Assembly (NCBI GenBank): GCA_036867785.1
Contig: CP145417.1
Span: 186,001-250,000, forward strand
From: Plasmodiophora brassicae
Lineage: Eukaryota
Reading direction: 5' to 3'
DNA length: 64,000 nucleotides
Numbering within the stretch: the first letter of the stretch is position 1; the number at the start of each line of letters is the position of its first letter. Below, one piece after another: positions 12,341-25,112 of this stretch. Position numbers and translations under genes: made by a program. The notes below the pieces were generated by a model. It ran no database searches and was not told where the DNA came from. It was given only the letters and a program-made list of their open reading frames with translations.

Positions 12341-14124
12341 TTAGCATGGCGACGAGAACGTGAAGAAATCCTGTCCCGCCCTCGCCTGCTGGACGGTGGA
12401 CAGCACGCCGCTGACGGTCATCATGCAAGTCGCCGCGCCGATGACGACGGCAATGGCGATCACGATGAACGACGTCCGGTTGTACTTCCGCACCAGGAAG
12501 ATAAACACGAGCTGGCCTGCCAGCGTCGACAGCAACCCGACGAAGAAGTACCACACCGCGTACGACACGATTAGCGATCCTAGCACCACACAGTCAGCCG
12601 AGGAGGATCGCAACGACGTCGTCGACAGCGCGCTATATACCAAGAGTCGCATACAGGACAATGGCGGACGACGCCGTGAGGAACTATGCCAAGACTGCTC
12701 AGCGCTGGTCCACCATGATAAACGGGTGGCACATACGACGGCCATGGCGGAGGTAGCCGCTACCACTTGATGGGGCATCTTCAGCTCGATCAGCAATGGG
12801 CCCAGGATCATTCCTACACGCGACGCACGCGGCAGCGCATTAGAACGGATCTTCATGGAACGTACTAGCGACTATGTGAGGTGCCTACCACCGCCGATGC
12901 CGACCAAACCTCCCAGGAGGCCGGCCATAGCCGACATGAGGGGATACAGATATATCGACCTGCTGGTCCAAACGACATCCGATGGCTGCTTGCAACGTCA
13001 GCAACGCGGCCCGGTGGGAGGCAGAACGACGGACACCAACGTTGGGTTTCCAACCGCACGTCAGCTTGCGCTCGGTACGAGCCGCATAGACGCGGCCGAT
13101 GGCGACGGTCAGCGCGCCCAGTACGGCCCAGAAGAACACGGTGACGGTCCAGTACGCAGACGAGCAGGCAGCGATACCAAACAGGGACGAGGCTGCATGC
13201 AAATCAGGTGACTGTTGGCCGACCGGACACAGATGATCGGGGTCGGCTTACACCCGGGTCGGCTCGACTTGAGCAACTGGACAGCGAGGACAACCAGCCA
13301 GATCCCAACGATGGCGCCCTTCTCGCCGGCAGTCGACAGGTCTTTCTTCAGCAAGAGGCCCAACTCAGGAGACGGGTCCGCCTCGGGTAGACTCACAGAC
13401 CGCAGCGATGAATTGCTAACCTGGGCCATGGAGATGTGCAATGCGTATTGGTGCTTGTCTCGTTTCCACGCCGCACGAGCCTTCATCGTCGTCCGGAACG
13501 TCGTATAGCCGAGCGTGATGAGCAGGATAACAACAATAATCCACGTAGGGAACACGATGTTCAGGATGACGCCGACCGACGTCCCTGCGTCAAAGCGTCA
13601 AACAGGGGGACGGGGACGGGGAACGACGACAGGGGCTGTGCTGTACCTGCCAGCAGCATGGGCGTGAACATGACGATGACTGAGTAGTCGATCAGCGGTC
13701 GCTCGTGAACGATCGGGTGCGTCCGGCCGATGTTGAAGGCCATGTTGACCAGCGACCCTCCAAAGATGATGGACTGTGAGATCGGGATGGCCTGCTTCGT
13801 CGACATGCCGGCAATAAGCACGAGGACCGGGACGAATATGCCACCGCCACCTGCACGGCCACCAAACGTTGGCAATGCATGCTCAGCGCGTGTTAACAAT
13901 GCCGTACCTAGACCACCACCAGCGGCCAGAGCAGCGCCAATGAACACGGCAACCGTCCCCAGCGTATCGTCCACCGGCCGGTAATCGTCCAGGATCGACC
14001 TGACGACGCACGCGCCCGCCTTGCACAGATGAAACGCCCCGCACTGATCGTCGTTCGCGCACGACGCCGACCCGGTCACCAGCAGACACGCCAGGACAAC
14101 GGCCGACGGCACCCGCATCGTCAT
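12341..14124 (-). CDS. Sulfite exporter TauE/SafE (TSUP) family membrane protein, multi-exon
   Basis: AAGGGLG|GGGIFVPVLVLIAG, HP...RPLIDY, GLVGIGGG and MILGPLLIEL...VVAATSA motifs; many hydrophobic segments. Confidence 0.85.
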
Positions 14125-14432
14125 CGGCGTCGAGCGCACCCAGGTCGCCCTGACAGACCCAGTCGGCATCAGGCCCTTTCACGGCCGTCGGCTGACGATC
14201 ATTCCGCCGCGCTCGTCTCCCACTGTTGTTGTTCCATCCACTCGGCGCCGCGCAGGTTTCTATTTATGTTTCCGCCACCACGAGGTAACATAGTCCGCGG
14301 CGCGCAGCCCCCGCCCTGTACCGGTGACACGGGCTCGCGCACGGGGCGCACTTTGCAGACAACGACAGCGGGCATGCTTCCGTTTCCATTGTATGCGTAC
14401 AGTACAGTAACGAAGATACGTTAGCGAAACAT

Positions 14433-17400
14433 TTATGCCAGTCTGGGGCGGCGAAGCGATGCGTGCCCGTCGAGGATGCTGGACGGGCGCCGGCGCCTGC
14501 GGCCGGTGGACCCGGAGGGGTCCAGGGCGCCAATGCTGTCCTGCAGGCTCCGCAGGTGTTCCCGAGCGGTAAGGATTTTCTCGTCGATCCTGTGATGTCG
14601 GTGTTAGGCGGTGGCGTGCAGCAGCAGGCGGCGTAGCACAGACCTGGCGCTTTCGTCGTTGAGCTGCTGCGCCTCGTTGAACAGGGCTCGCTCGTCGTCG
14701 CACATGCGCATGTACTTCTCAATGTCGTCGATGCGCCTGACGAGTCTGTCCTGTGTCGCGAGCAAATCGACCGGATGGACGCTGACGACGCTCGGCAGCA
14801 TTTCGGCGAACGACTTGATGCGGTCGCCCAGGCGCCCGTTCGATGCGACAACCCCGCCGTCATACGTGAGCAGTGTGCCACACCAGACGTTGTGGCGAAT
14901 GGCGTACTGCTTGAACGACATCGCGTCCTGGTACGTGTCCATGACCTCGAACCCTTGGAGGAAGTTGCCGCAGACCTTCTCGAACACTTTGTCGTCGACT
15001 TGCGGATGTTTCCGGACGAGCGAGGACAGCGGTCGTGGGTCCCGACCCGACCAGGTCTTACGAGGCCCACGAGATTTCATCCAGGGCGGGTCACGTTGTG
15101 TCCGACGCGGTGACCTCATCGATGACTGCCACGGGAGCGTCAGACCGGACGAAGACCAGCATGACACTTGTGCGGTACTGTTACCAGATCGAAATGGGCG
15201 TTCGGGCGTAACGACGTGGAGGCGGATGCCGAGATCTGCGTGTAGATGGCACCATTGAGGTTGCCTGGGCCCAGGGCGTGCGTAACGAGGCGGGCATCCT
15301 CCCGGTTGGCACACGTGATGCACTGGCCGACGATCGCAGCGAAGTTCGGGACGCGCCTGTAGACATTGTAGTTAGGCGGGCGGGGCATCTCGTAGGACAT
15401 CTCCTTGATCTTCTGATGAACAGCCCCGAGCTCCAGCCGGGCTTCGCTCAGCATCAGAAAGGAGTCAAACTGCTGTCCAGCGGGGCAGTGCTGCACGCTG
15501 ATGACCTGGATACGATCTCGAAGACTCAGCATGTTGTAATTCTTCTCCTCGTACAGGCTAGCGACGCGTGTCAGTTCGGCCTGCAACTTGCGAATCTCCT
15601 CCTTCAGCAGGGCCTCTTGCGCCTTCAACGCTGAGTGCTCACTCTGTTCTTGCGCATCCGGGGAATAGAAGAATCTCAACGATGCCGGCTGAATATTCGG
15701 GTGCGAATGCAGCTTGAACATGAGGGTGTGACTTCCGGATGGCAGGTTGGCGTTTGGGTTGATCCGGAGGCCGACGATGACTATCGAGTCGCCAGCAGCA
15801 GAGAGGGACAGCCTGGGTTTGCACAGAGGAGTGCCGCCGTAATCCTTCACCTGAAACACACCACCAGTCTCGATAAGATGCCCAAATTGCCACCGGATGC
15901 GACTCAGGACGAACCACACATGCGAGCTGCTCTTTGGCGGATTCGTCCATCGGATCACCAGTCAGGTTGTTGAACCTGTCCGCAAAGTACAACGATATGA
16001 CATCGGGAATGGCACTGCGGGAGTCCGTTGCCTGGGCCTGAGAGTCCGAAGAACCGCCGCCGTTCGAGCGCGCAATGAGCCTAAATGGTTGGCATGGGAC
16101 AACCCTGAGCACGCCGGTCGATCGCGTAATCGTTCTCTCGTTGACATCAGGGAGTAGCTCGAGGACGGACTCGTCGCTTTCGTTGTAGCTGCGATAATCG
16201 GCGCTTAGAAACCACGAGGTTCACCGAATGCGCATGATACGTACTGGACGATCAGCTCGAACTGTGTGACATGCTGGATTCTGCCATGAGGACAGAACCT
16301 GAACACTGTCGCGTCGGCACCTCCTACGGCTACAACCTCGTACAGGTCATCAGCGGGCGTTTCGGTGGAATCTCCTACAGGGTTGGTCAGCAACCATCGT
16401 CGCATCAAAACGACGGGCAAGACGTACGAAGTTGTGACAGCCACAGGTTCCGAAGAATTTCATGATGCGAAAGCAGGTCGATCCGCTGGCCTCGACAGTC
16501 GACGAGGTGGCCCTGAATAACGGGCAACGGGTCTTCGGCGCGGATCGCAGTCTGGACAGGCTCGAGGACAATCCCACAGACCTGTCGTAGCCATGGCTGC
16601 GGGGCGGAACGAATCAGCAACAGAGAGAGAAGATGCAAACCGCACCTGTCAACGTACCCTGATCGAGACAAAACGAAGGACATATGGCTGAATGCAATCT
16701 CTTCGGTTCGATGCCCTGTGCTCGATAGTCACCGCGACGCTTTCACCATTGCTTGGCGAGGCGATTAAAACGGAATGTGTGTTGATGCAGCCCGAACCCG
16801 CTCGTGATGACAGGACTTTGCCATAATCGCAGGACACAGACGTAGACAGGTCGCTCGACAGAATGGCACCGGCGGCATCGCACACATGGACTGTTACATC
16901 CAGCTTGCATCGCGAGTAAATGGGAACGTCGACGATGACCTCCTCAGAGCCAACGTCCTGAATAAACGACTGCTCTGGCGCGATTCCTGGGAATTTCACA
17001 ATGAAGTGATGTGGAGGACCTAGCCATAAATGATTGTCAATGAATGAAGACACAGGCAGTCTTTTGAATACCGTACCTTCTACAAGCTCGAACTTGGCGG
17101 TCTTCGGGCAATCCGGGGCGCCGTCGACCTGGACGACGTAGCCTGCTTTGGCAGCACCAACAAGAACGCGACCGGGGAACGTCATTACAGCACCGTCAAT
17201 GTGCCGCTCGGTGTCTCCAGTGGCCAGCAGTTCAGGAAAGGTAACCGAGAGGGTGCGCAGCAGATCGTCATCGGCGACCGCATTGTCATACTTGTCTTGG
17301 AGGATGACTTGGAGGGCGTTGCCCATTGGAACGCCACAGGTGAGAGCCCGCTGAACCGAAATGCGAACGTGGTCCACGACGTCGGCAACCAGGGAGACTT

Positions 17401-20400
17401 TCAACGGAAACGTTAGCCGCGTCGGCGCCGCTGAATCGTCGTCGTCGCTGTCAAGCATCGCCGACCCGATATCCAGTGCCGTCATCAGCGTGTAGGCACC
17501 GGTCCGGGTCGTGGTTGGGAACTGGAACCCAGGAGAAATAACGCCGTCCGCTGTCAGGTCATGCCGCTCACCGTTAAACTCGACTGTGCACGAGGCGAGT
17601 AGCGACGCCGGATATGGCGTGGCGACCCGGGAACCGTTCTCATGTGTCAGGATGACCTTGAGGCAATGAGTAGAGCCGACCACGACAGGATCGCCCTCAG
17701 CAACGTCGGCCAGAGTGACTGCGAACGAGGCAATTTCGTCGCCCGGAGTGACAACCAGCTCGATGCACACGTCCTCGCTTTCGGGGCCAGACCCTCGCAG
17801 CCGGCTTTTATCCCTTTCGAATTCAAGCCGGATGGTCATCAGCAGACGTTCCTGCCCACTGTTGACGCGGATCGCCGGTACATGAATTGCCCCATTCGTT
17901 GTTGCGATGACGCTGGAAGCACGCAACAGGAGAGGTTTCGCCATTCGCCATCGGTTCAACCGTGCACGAGAGTCATTGACATGCAGCGAAATGCCTTTGA
18001 CGGCTGGTGACGAAGAGCACGGCATACGAAACCGATCGTAAAGTTGCAAGTCCAGTGGCGGCAGCCGTGTGCCGCTGCGAAGAGTAATCGGTTCAGAAGG
18101 TGGCTCAACGCCAGGTGGCCATCCGATCGAGAAAGGTTCCCCACCGGCGACAGATACGGGTAGTTTTCCGATCAGATCATCACAATAGTAGACGTCGAGG
18201 GACGTAACATTTGATACGTCCACCGTTTGCTGCGAAGCAGGGTCCTTCGGATCAAGGCGAACCTTTGTTATCAGCACACGGTCCGCGTCGCAGATGAAGC
18301 GCGACGATCGAACATCAACGACACCGTGTCGAAGGCTGAGAAGTCTCATCATGTCGTCGTCCGGAAGGCATTTGTTTTTATACCTGGAAACATGAAGTCA
18401 GACGACGAGCGCTGATAGGGGCACATTACGGATAAGCAACCTGTCCAGAACAACAATCGCGGCCTTATCCTGCGATTCACATCCAAGGCCCAGGTGCATG
18501 ACAGGAAGAGCGTAGGACTTCTTTCTGATGCTGTCCGTCTCCTGATCGACGATACGAAGCATGGCAGGCTTGTCCGCGACGACTTCGAACTCGTAAACAT
18601 CAGTGTCAACGCCCTGGCCATCAACTCCTTTACAGTTGAGTAGCTTGAATTGAACGCGGAACCGGCCGACTTTGTTGAACGGCGTCCCGATCTCCCAGAA
18701 ACTGAACACCTTGTTCTTTGCTTCGCCCGATTTCGATATCTCATCCCCGAACATTTTAAACTGCCTCTTGTCGGTATCGAACTTGCTGATGCATTGCTTC
18801 AGTTTCAGCAGTTGGCGAGTGAACGGAATATGGTGGAGCATGGCCGGGGGCGTCCCGCCATTCAAGACGCGGATGTCAGTGTTTGGAAAAACATAACCGG
18901 CCTTAACCTTGGATGGCGGTTGACCAGGAGGCGAAATGACGACCTCCAGTCGAGCCGGATACTTGGACTTCGCGGTCGTCAGGCACTGCTCGTAAGCAGA
19001 TTGAATTGCACTCTCCGTGGCAGCCTTATCAATAGAGCGCAATTGAACTAATAGCAGAACAATGAGCGAGGGCATTCGAACACGGAAGAAGACAGGTTAC
19101 CCCGTTGGATATGATTAGGATACCGCATTTCGGGAAGCCGCTGCGCGATACATCCCGGGCCTGACCTGCCGTCGCTGACAGTGATCCGCTCTGGCTGTTC
19201 TTCGAACGAACCCTCTCCACATGGACGCTTACGAAACTTAACGACTCGATAGAACTGCGCTGGCTCGTTCGTCGTTGCCAACGTCTGAATAATGTCACCT
19301 GTTCGAATCACTCGACTTTGCGACCCTGGGTTTGCGATTGCCATTTCCGAGTAGAAGACCCAACTGTGCAGAACTACAATGAGCAGATGGATCGCCCAAT
19401 TGACAAGGGGAATACATACGATGGCCTGATCTCTCCAGCCTCGTACGGTATTCTGCAGCGAAATTCGAGTTCTCGGTCGAATTCGACATGGCAACTTCTG
19501 ACCCACTCAGCGAACTGGTCGCGGATCGGCACCACCAGGTTGCGAGTCTCCCGACCGACCAGGGCGTATGGCCGCTGTCCTGGCTCAAAGGCTCGCGCGA
19601 CGACATCGGGGCCTTCGAGCATACTTTTCACGTCTTCAGTGAAGACCCCTTTGGTGTTCGTCAGGTTCCACCGCGAGTCGAAGAAGAGAGCACCCCGCAA
19701 TCTGTAACGACAGCGCGCCAGCTCTTTTACAAATGCGCCCTGCATCCACGAGGGCAACCAGTCGACGGTCGTCATTGGAATCAAACGTCCTGCTCAGCGG
19801 TCAGACACGACCACCGGATTTTCGAGCCAGGTCATTGCCAATACCTTGCCACCAGCACGAAAATATTGGATACTTTTCTAATGCTGGTAACTGAGGCTCT
19901 TCCGACGCCGGCGTCTCTCCCGTTCCACCATCGGCAATATCGTTGTATGTGTCCTAACGCACCTTCAGTGAACGACAACACGAACCTGACAACCGTTACG
20001 AACAGTTGAGAGGATCGCACCCAGCGTTTCCTCATTAACAAACGGAAAGTAGCCGATAGTCCCAAATACAGCCGACGGAGGATTGCTTGTGATAAGCTCA
20101 AACGTGAATGTAGACTGTTGTTCACGGAGGAGTTTGGCCTCGAGATCGTCCACTTCCCTAATGGGACGAAGCAATCATTAGAGGATCATATTGACAGTAG
20201 CAGTGACACGTCCTACGTCAGTTCCCAGGACTGCCGGCCGACAGTCAGACCGATGGAGATCGACCCTCCAATACTCGACGTAATTGCAGGGTGGTCGTGG
20301 AGATAGTAATGGTATACGTGGGCGAGACTCTTCGCCACAGATTCGGCGTGCTCCTCAAACCGCGAGACATATGCCTCCGTAATGTCAGCCACGATGACGT

Positions 20401-21393
20401 ACGTGAACGACGGAGGCCGTTCCTCGTCTTGGACCAGGCCCTGGATATAGGGAAACGAAGGCAGGTCTTTGAGGATGAGTGATTCGGCAAGAGACCCGCT
20501 TGGATGGGTCCTGATACTCTTTTCCCAGCAGTCCTTGCCCATCGTCTTGAATTCGTCAACAATGTCACGGCTTACATGGAATTCGCGGATCTGGACGTCT
20601 GTCACATCGACAATAGCCAAATGAAATAGGATGATTACTGACATCATCGCTGCAGGATTGCTTCGTGAGAACGTAGAGTTGCGAACCCAGATGAAAAGCA
20701 CTGGTCTTCGCGCCTACGCCAAACTTGCTGATTCCGGCATTCCTGTCGAATGATTCCGTATCAGAGAAAGCGTTGCGTACAGGGAAATGGGCCTTACAGC
20801 CGTAATGGATTCTCATAGAACTCTTCCATACTGTCCTGTTTCGGCTCAATTCCACGAGCTTCGGGGCTAAGCGCGTACGTGGCGAACTCGGCCAACGTGC
20901 TGAAGTCCATCCCCTGTTTCAGGGCACGTCACAAACCGACTGGACAGTTACGTCAGGATGCCCTTACGCATCCGTTATCCCTACACGTATCGGTTAGAGC
21001 ATGTTCTATGACGGTGCCATGATCGCGCTGGCATTACCGAATGACGAGGATGGAGTTGTCGCCACAACGTTCGAAATGGATCGAAATGCGCCCGGGAGAC
21101 GCCCCAGGCTCCTGGCGCTGACAGATCGCCGCCAGCGAATTGTCGACGAACTCGCAGATCGCGTATGGCAACGGGCTCTTGCCTTTATCGGCAAAGTAGG
21201 AGAAGTTCCCCGCCTGACAGTGTGTTCCACCGTCACCGACCAGCTCGACACCACACCACAATGCGAGGCGCCGCCCACCCACCTGCGTCATGACCGCCGG
21301 CGACGGCGTCATATTGATCCTGGTGATGAACGACGACCGCCGGTCCCCATCGGACGGGGTCGACGACGTCGCGGGCGGTGGCGGCGGCGGCAT
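14433..21393 (-). CDS. SMCHD1: SMCHD1-like protein (GHKL ATPase, Ig-like linker, SMC hinge), multi-exon; start codon uncertain
   Basis: FSYFADKGKSPLPYAICEFVDNSL, GISKFGVGAKTSAFHLG and RLRGALFFD...TNTK; hinge-end motif TLLTYDGGVVASNGRLG flanked by coiled coils; last exon ends GRRRRRPSS...RRPRLA* (TAA 14433-14435). Confidence 0.85.
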
Positions 21394-21951
21394 CGCTCCG
21401 CGCGGCAGCTCCGCAGTTCTGGGAGCGCCGCCGCCCAGGCGCCTCCTCCTGCTGCTGCTGCTGCTGCTGCTGCCTCTACCTTGGCGTCAAGCGTCCAAAC
21501 CTGCAGAGACCCTGAGTCGGGATGTCCCGCCCCATCTCGTTGGGACATGCGTGCGTTATCCCCCAGGCCGGGATGCATGTCCTGATTGTATTGTACAACC
21601 GTCACTGCAGTATGGTCGGCCAGCCGCGTGTCGACCTGTTCCACGTTGGTGATCACGCCGGGTGCCCGGGTTGCATCCGTCGCCATCACGTCCTCTGTGA
21701 CATCCACAGCTGTCCAATCCGAATTTGTTGTATGCGACGACAGCGGATGGCGTTGACCCTGGTTGTTGACGCTGTGCGAAACGATAATTTCTTGGTCTGG
21801 CATTCGGTCGCAACCCTTCAAAAGTGCATGCTCGCCAGAGACATGGACTCCCCGATGTCACATGGAGATCGAACCGGTGTACCGATAATGTTCACAAACG
21901 GTGCCGCTACTGGCGAGTAAATAGGGCGAACCGCCCGTACTGTTCAGCGTG

Positions 21952-23391
21952 ATGCCTTCCATTGTGGCCGCCACCACATCCGTGCTGATGCTGGTGGCTG
22001 GGCTGCCAGCATTGTCAGCTATGCTGACGATCTCCAGGGCAGGTGCCGCAGACGAACACCTTCCCAGCACTCCATTCCTGCTTGGGAACCTGTCGTTCAC
22101 GTCTGTCACCGCTCGGTCTGTTCTCCGGGTTCCAGCCGACAGCACTCGGCAGGTTGCCGAGCCCGATGTGGTCGCACGACGCCTGGCCGACATATCGCCT
22201 GTACCATTGTCGCAGGTTTTCCTCCTGGTCGAGTTCCAAGACTCGTACGATGTGACGTTGCTGACTGCGATCTGTGCTCGAAGCCAGTGCCCAGGCGTGC
22301 TGGTCGGCAACTGCGACGGGTCATCGCGGGCCTATTTCACCTGGATGGCAACACCTGGTCCTTCTGTTCCATGCGTTGCTATCACGTCAACAGTGACAGC
22401 CAGGGTTCTCGATTTCGTCTCCAACGCGACGACCGGGTCGTTTGTAGTGACGCCTGAAGGTGCCGATCCCGGTTGGGAGGTGCTTCGAGGGAGTACGTGG
22501 CTAATGGCGATTGCTGCTGCCTTGTACCTTGCGCTTGCACTGTTTGCCGTATTCAAGGGCATCTCCTTTACCATTGATGGCGCCTGCCGCCTGTTGAAGT
22601 TCTCCGATGTACCCAAGGCTGAGCTATATATCGTATGCCTGCACTTCGCGTCTGCGACTGTCGACTTTCTCACGTTTCTGAATTTCGCTGCGTTCGACTC
22701 ACGAGGCTTTTCCTATCGGACGCAAGTCCTTTTATCGGAACTGAGCAACCCGTTGAACATGGCGTCAACGGTTACGCTGGCGATTCTGCTTCGTGAAGCG
22801 GCGCAGGTCGGAACGCAAACCGTGCGCCAGCGTCTTTCCAGGATGATTATGTATAGCGTGGCGGTGGTGTTGCTGGTTGCGTCCCTCGTCGTCTTTGTCG
22901 CAGAGTTCGTTACGTTGCGCCGTTCTGCCGGCGACTCGCTCACGGCAGGCCTGGCGACGATCAACAGCCTCTGTGCAACGGTCTATTTTACATGTTTCGG
23001 ATACGCAACGGCCAAGCGGCTCCTGCGAATGAAGGGAGCGTTGCCAGAGGAACACATCCAGCGACGTCGACGGTTTGCTCTGCGTTTGGCCCATAGCGGA
23101 CTATGGGGCTTCGTCACTGTCCTGGGCATGATCGGGATCCTGGCAACCACAGCAAGTAACGGGAGCTTCGCGACCTTCTGGATGCTGTACGGCCTGATTG
23201 CCACCTCAAGTGCCATCACCCGCGCCCTGGAGCTATCGGCATTCGCCCCGATCGGTCAGCAATGCATGCTCGCTCGTGTCCAGGGCTTCCGGGTGTACTT
23301 TCGCACGAGACCGTCTCCAAGATGGGCTCCCAGCAATACCGTCTGTGTCCAGCCCTCGTCCCGCCATATGGCCGGCGCTCTGCCGACGTAG
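21952..23391 (+). CDS. Intronless signal peptide + extracellular (PA-like) domain + 7TM receptor-like protein, copy A
   Basis: ~479 aa from the ATG at 21952; N-terminal hydrophobic leader, about seven hydrophobic helices and a basic loop RRRRFALRL; paralogous to 23529 and 36319. Confidence 0.8.
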   Translation: MPSIVAATTSVLMLVAGLPALSAMLTISRAGAADEHLPSTPFLLGNLSFTSVTARSVLRVPADSTRQVAEPDVVARRLADISPVPLSQVFLLVEFQDSYDVTLLTAICARSQCPGVLVGNCDGSSRAYFTWMATPGPSVPCVAITSTVTARVLDFVSNATTGSFVVTPEGADPGWEVLRGSTWLMAIAAALYLALALFAVFKGISFTIDGACRLLKFSDVPKAELYIVCLHFASATVDFLTFLNFAAFDSRGFSYRTQVLLSELSNPLNMASTVTLAILLREAAQVGTQTVRQRLSRMIMYSVAVVLLVASLVVFVAEFVTLRRSAGDSLTAGLATINSLCATVYFTCFGYATAKRLLRMKGALPEEHIQRRRRFALRLAHSGLWGFVTVLGMIGILATTASNGSFATFWMLYGLIATSSAITRALELSAFAPIGQQCMLARVQGFRVYFRTRPSPRWAPSNTVCVQPSSRHMAGALPT

Positions 23392-23528
23392 GGCCGACGA
23401 GCACTGCCCTGGATGAGCGTTTCTCCTGTCCTATGTTAGGCCGTTATATAAATTACATTGGGTCGATTCCGTGTACCGGTAACGTAGCGGCCGAGTAAAC
23501 AGTCGAACTCGTACAGAGTTTGGCCTAG

Positions 23529-24932
23529 ATGGCGTCTAGGACTGCGGCCGTCATCACGTCCGTCCTTACACTGGTGGCGGGGCTGCCAGCGGCATGGGCC
23601 ACGATAACAATCTCCAGGGCGGACGGCTCAAATGAGCACCTTCCCAGCACTCCGTTCTTTCACGGGAACGCGTCGTTTGCCCCGGCCGCCGCTCGGTCTG
23701 TTCTCCGAATACCAGCTGAAGTCATGCTGAGTGCCAACCCCAGCGCAATCGTAGAACGCCTGGCGCGCATGTCTGCCGTACCGCTGACGCAGGCCTTCCT
23801 CTTGGTCATGTACCAAGACTCGTACAACCTGGCATTGTTCACAGACGTGTGCGCCCAATGTCAGTGCCCAGGAGTCCTGGTTGGTAACCTGGACGGGACG
23901 ACGTCGACTTATTTCACCTGGATGGGGGCGCCGAACCTTCGTGTCCCCTGCGTGGTGGTCTCATCAACAGTGACTGCGAACATCCAGGCTTCGTCTTCAA
24001 ACGTGTCGACATCGTACGCGATGACACCTGAGGGTGCGGATCCTGGCTGGGTTGTCCTGCAAACGAGTACGTGGCTGATGGCGGTTGCCGCTGCCCTGTA
24101 CCATGCCCTTGCGCTGCTTGCCACCTTCAAAGGCGTCGCGTTCGTCGTCGACGGCAACGGCCACCGGTTACCGCTCCGCGATGTGCCCAGGGCTCAGCTC
24201 TGTATCGTTGGCCTTCACTTCGTATCCGCGACAGCGGACCTGCTCACGTTCCTCAATTTCGCGGCCATGAACTCTCGAGGATTCCCTTACAGGACCCAGG
24301 TGTTCCTCTCTGAGCTGAGCAATCCGTTGAACACGTCGGCAACTATCGCCATGGCACTTCTGCTTCGCGAAGTATCTCAGTTCGGAACGGAAACCGTCGG
24401 CCAACGCCTTCTCAGGGCGTTCGTCTATGTTCTGGCACTGGGGCTGCTGGTCGGATCCTTCGCCGTCTATATCGATCAGATGATCACGTGGCGTCCCGCA
24501 GGCGACATTGCACTCATCATGGGGCTGGTGGCAATCAATTACTTATGCGCATCCATCTACTTCATCTGCTTTGGGTACCTGACAACCAAGCGTATCCTCC
24601 GAATGAAAGGCTCCTTGTCCGACGACGAACTTCGACGCCGACGACGATTCGCTTTGCGCCTGGTCAGTAGCGGAGTGAGCGGTCTGATCTCGCTCCTGAT
24701 CATGGTGGGTATCGCGGCGACCACCGTAACCAATGGCACCTTTGCGACCTTCTGGACCTTGTATGGCCTACTTGCAATCTCAAGCGCCATCACCCGGATT
24801 CTGGAGTTGTCCGCATTCGCTCCGGTTGGCCAACGGTACATGCTCGCTCAGGTCAAGGACTGCTTCGTGTGCCGATATATTCCGTTACCGTTCACTACCA
24901 CCGTCGTTAACGTTCAGCCCGCGGCACGCTAG
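23529..24932 (+). CDS. Intronless signal peptide + PA-like + 7TM receptor-like protein, copy B
   Basis: 467-aa ORF; tandem paralog of copy A (shared CxxxQCPGVLVGN, YFTWM, LSELSNPLN, ELSAFAP). Confidence 0.8.
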   Translation: MASRTAAVITSVLTLVAGLPAAWATITISRADGSNEHLPSTPFFHGNASFAPAAARSVLRIPAEVMLSANPSAIVERLARMSAVPLTQAFLLVMYQDSYNLALFTDVCAQCQCPGVLVGNLDGTTSTYFTWMGAPNLRVPCVVVSSTVTANIQASSSNVSTSYAMTPEGADPGWVVLQTSTWLMAVAAALYHALALLATFKGVAFVVDGNGHRLPLRDVPRAQLCIVGLHFVSATADLLTFLNFAAMNSRGFPYRTQVFLSELSNPLNTSATIAMALLLREVSQFGTETVGQRLLRAFVYVLALGLLVGSFAVYIDQMITWRPAGDIALIMGLVAINYLCASIYFICFGYLTTKRILRMKGSLSDDELRRRRRFALRLVSSGVSGLISLLIMVGIAATTVTNGTFATFWTLYGLLAISSAITRILELSAFAPVGQRYMLAQVKDCFVCRYIPLPFTTTVVNVQPAAR

Positions 24933-25012
24933 ATGGGCACGCTACCTTAAGCAGATGCACCTTCCAAGTCCAGCACTACACCGAAGAATACATAATAGCA
25001 TGCAGAGAAGCT

Positions 25013-25034
25013 CGTGTGTGTGTGTGTGTGTGTG
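25013..25034. repeat. (TG)n microsatellite
   Basis: gtgtgtgtgtgtgtgtgtgtg between two convergent genes. Confidence 0.9.
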
Positions 25035-25112
25035 ACACGTGATGTAATGGCTCAAAGAGGCACACCAAGGTTTTACTCATGAATGCGGATATGCATCACC
25101 AACGTTCAAGCA

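Noticed and set aside
21450-21472. (GCT)n tract near the SMCHD1-like start
   Set aside because: Ordinary short trinucleotide repeat; cannot tell whether it is coding or UTR.
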